Origin: Cycas panzhihuaensis
Taxonomy: Eukaryota > Plantae > Cycadophyta
Reading direction: 5' to 3'
Length of the DNA: 64,000 nucleotides
Assembly (NCBI GenBank): GCA_023213395.1
Contig: CM041465.1
Span: 120,225,741 to 120,289,740, forward strand
Shown piece by piece: positions 61,201 through 64,000 of this stretch (positions are counted from its first letter, which is position 1; each line of letters opens with the position of its first letter). A model generated the notes under the pieces. That model had not been told where the DNA came from. It worked only from the letters and a program-made list of their open reading frames with translations, and searched no databases. A program made the position numbers and the translations under genes.

Positions 61201-64000
61201 TTGTTATAGTTTTCACTCATCGGTAAATGAAAAGTCATAATAGTACAATCATCATCATTCAACATAGATTATCCACAAAATCAATAACACATTTCATTAA
61301 AACATGGCCTAACACAGCATGAAACAAGCCTCAATTAATCATATCAAATGTAAACAAGACAAAAAACTTATTATGATAATGAAGATTAACTAAGAGCAAA
61401 ATTTTAGTAAAACATTTGCCCCCTTAGCACCTGAAGCTTCTACTTTAAAAGAGGAGTATAAAGGTGAAAAGTGACAATGATTATGATGAAGGACTTTCTT
61501 AAATAGATAAAAGGTTTAGATGAAGTATGAAAATGATAGCTAACTAGGTTACAAAAGGAACTAAAATAAAACCAAACAAGTCTTAATATAACCAAAATAC
61601 CAAGTTAAAGAGTACTACCAAAATACCTACCAAATAGATAGGGCTTAGACTCACTCGATTAAAAACAACACTAGATTCCCACAAACTAGATGGGACTTAA
61701 AATCTAGATGGTCACATTTGATCTCTCATCAACCAAAGTCCAAAGGATGGTCCTTTTTCCAAAGCACAAAGGATGGACTATCATAGTTTTTGGGCTCATT
61801 AATAAGTGATTTTTTGGAGCATTAGACTACCATAGTTTTAGCTTGTCAGTAGAAGACTTTTTATAGCTTGATTGTCATAGATTAATCTCATTAATAAACG
61901 AATTTTGGAATGTTATATTGTCATAGTTCAGATACTTCAACAGGTAAGAGGGCTCAAAGCTTTTCAAGGCCAACATAAGAAGTTAAATGAGTACTAGAAT
62001 GATTAAGAGACATGATATTCTAGCTTTTAAAATGCTCATTAAAGGACAAATAAGTTAAGGTCAATAATAACCTTAATCAATAAAAGATGTATCAATTTTT
62101 GATTCTAAAAGATTTTATCTAGGAGCGATGGCTGAAAGAGGATAATATTAGCTTGGATAAACCAAATAGAGAAAAGAGAAATTAATATATTTCATTTTAT
62201 TTTTATGTGAAGCAGTTGGAAAATTAATGATCTAGAGGGCCCTTAACACTTGATTTAGGAGATGATTTGGAGCTATCTTGACAAGATACCAGTTACAGGA
62301 GGTGGAGACACAAATGATGGAGCAAAGAGCTAAATATCTGGTAAGTCTCTCTTACAAGTATATTTTTTTAATTAAATTTTTTTGAGTAAAAATATGATAA
62401 TACAAAATGGAAAACATAGGAATAATGTTAAAAACACGATCAAATTTAAAAAAATGTGATTTAATAGTTTAACACAAGAATTACAATATCACATTTTTAA
62501 TAAGTAAATCATATTTTTTACTATGTTATCATATATTTTAGTGGATAGTTACATTTTTTATTATCTTGTTGTATTTTTTGTTTTAAAAGAAAAAAAATAA
62601 AAATAAAAGTCTTTTAAAAAGTCAAAATTAGAATCTAACATGATTGATTTTGATGTGATGTAGCCTCTAGAGAGGGTAGATATTAGGGACAATGAGGGAT
62701 GAACAATTAGAGAGTTAATCAGTTAATTGACCGTGGAGGATTTTGCCCTATTGAGGGCATGTAGTCTATCCCAAGTGAGTGGATCAACCTAATTAGTGGA
62801 GTATGAGATCCTACATGATTTTATTAATTGTTAGATACCAAGGAAGAATGTATTCAGAGTACGAGAGATAAGAGATATATAGATCACTCTTAGGGATATT
62901 GGGAGGATATTAGGGATTAGTTGGCATAAGAAGATGATTAAATTGAATAGGGTGATTAACGATGAGTCATAAGAGGTGTGTATCTAATATTTAATTGGCT
63001 TTGTTAATCTATTTAGTCCTCAGAAGATATCTATTAAGGCAATGAGGACAATAGAGGGGATTCCTATCATATGGAAGATCATTACCCTTATTGTCATTTT
63101 TAGTATTACTAGGACCTAGAATTTCATCGAGGTTCCAACACAGTGGGTAAGAGTAACTAGGAGATGTGAGCAAGGTGTCAAGATAAATTAGGGGTAATAT
63201 ATAGTAGACAATACGTGCTTTCAATTATCCCAAAATATGAGGTAGGGTAGGGAGGTTTTTCTTATAGTTCTATTTTAATGTATTGGTTATATGACTACAT
63301 CCCATTGATGAGGCCAGGTGGAGCACCAAGAGAGTTAACCATTATGGATATAGGAATGAACTAATGGTATATGAGAGCTCATATTCATAATATAATAGTT
63401 ATTATAGTGAAGACTATATGTAGTCCTCTACTGATCTGTATGATCAGGAGACAACTAGTAGAGGATTTATATGAGGGGTTGTCTATATGGAGCAATGATG
63501 AGGTTGATGCAATTGAGATGGAACTAGTAGGAGAGGCTCTTATTGTTAGAGGAGGAAGAGGGAGAGAGAGAGGGAGAGGAGGTAGAGAAGGAGGAAATAA
63601 TAGACAACATCATACTGGTCAAGGTGGAAGAGAAGAGGCATTGACCATTGGAGGAGGGAGAGGAGGTAGGGATGTGCTTTAGGTAATATGTGGAGATAGA
63701 GAGGAGGTAGGGATGGAGTTGATGGATGGGTAGGGGAGAGGAGGTGATGGGAGCAGATGAAGAGAGAGGGAGCCTCCCCAAGAGCCTCAAGGAGAGGGAT
63801 TTACATAGTCAGAAGAGGAGATGGTAGTAGAGCCAGTGGGAGGATGACAACCAACAATCATATTAATTAATATATGTTTTAAACATATTCGATTATTTCT
63901 TTTAGATTATCTACCCTTTATACAGAAGATTGATCATGATTTATATATTTTTTATGGATAGGTGAGGAGAGCCTAACTCTTACAAAGGTTAGGAGGATGC

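Noticed and set aside
62290-62350. Exon-like stretch ending in a strong donor (CTG|GTAAGT at ~62340)
   Set aside because: No upstream acceptor/ORF or recognisable protein similarity.

Overview
Eukaryotic land-plant nuclear DNA. The giant intron and old nested retroelements suggest a large genome, probably gymnosperm-like (inference). The only host gene I can support is MED6 (Mediator subunit 6) on the minus strand. Its first three coding exons are 13562-13309, 12851-12677 and 12236-12167, all with canonical GT-AG junctions, and intron 3 runs more than 12 kb off the window start. That intron holds a decayed L1 LINE interrupted by a solo LTR (1785-2499, TSD CACAA) and by a young Ty3 element (4672-10132, TSD CTTAG). 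The Ty3 element encodes only Gag with 3-4 zinc knuckles, protease and an integrase C-terminal tail, and has a tRNA-Glu PBS. Upstream of MED6 is a stack of retroelements: two full-length Copia elements (15518-23210, 47493-59410), a Tat/Ogre-like remnant, a 5'-truncated RNase H LINE, and a three-level nest (chromovirus > CRM-like > small non-autonomous LTR element carrying PPR-gene fragments). The most unusual signal is a compact array of six degenerate tRNA-iMet PBS motifs at 32061-32212, separated by short unique spacers that each begin like an LTR terminus. All alignments and translations were done by eye; no database searches were run.
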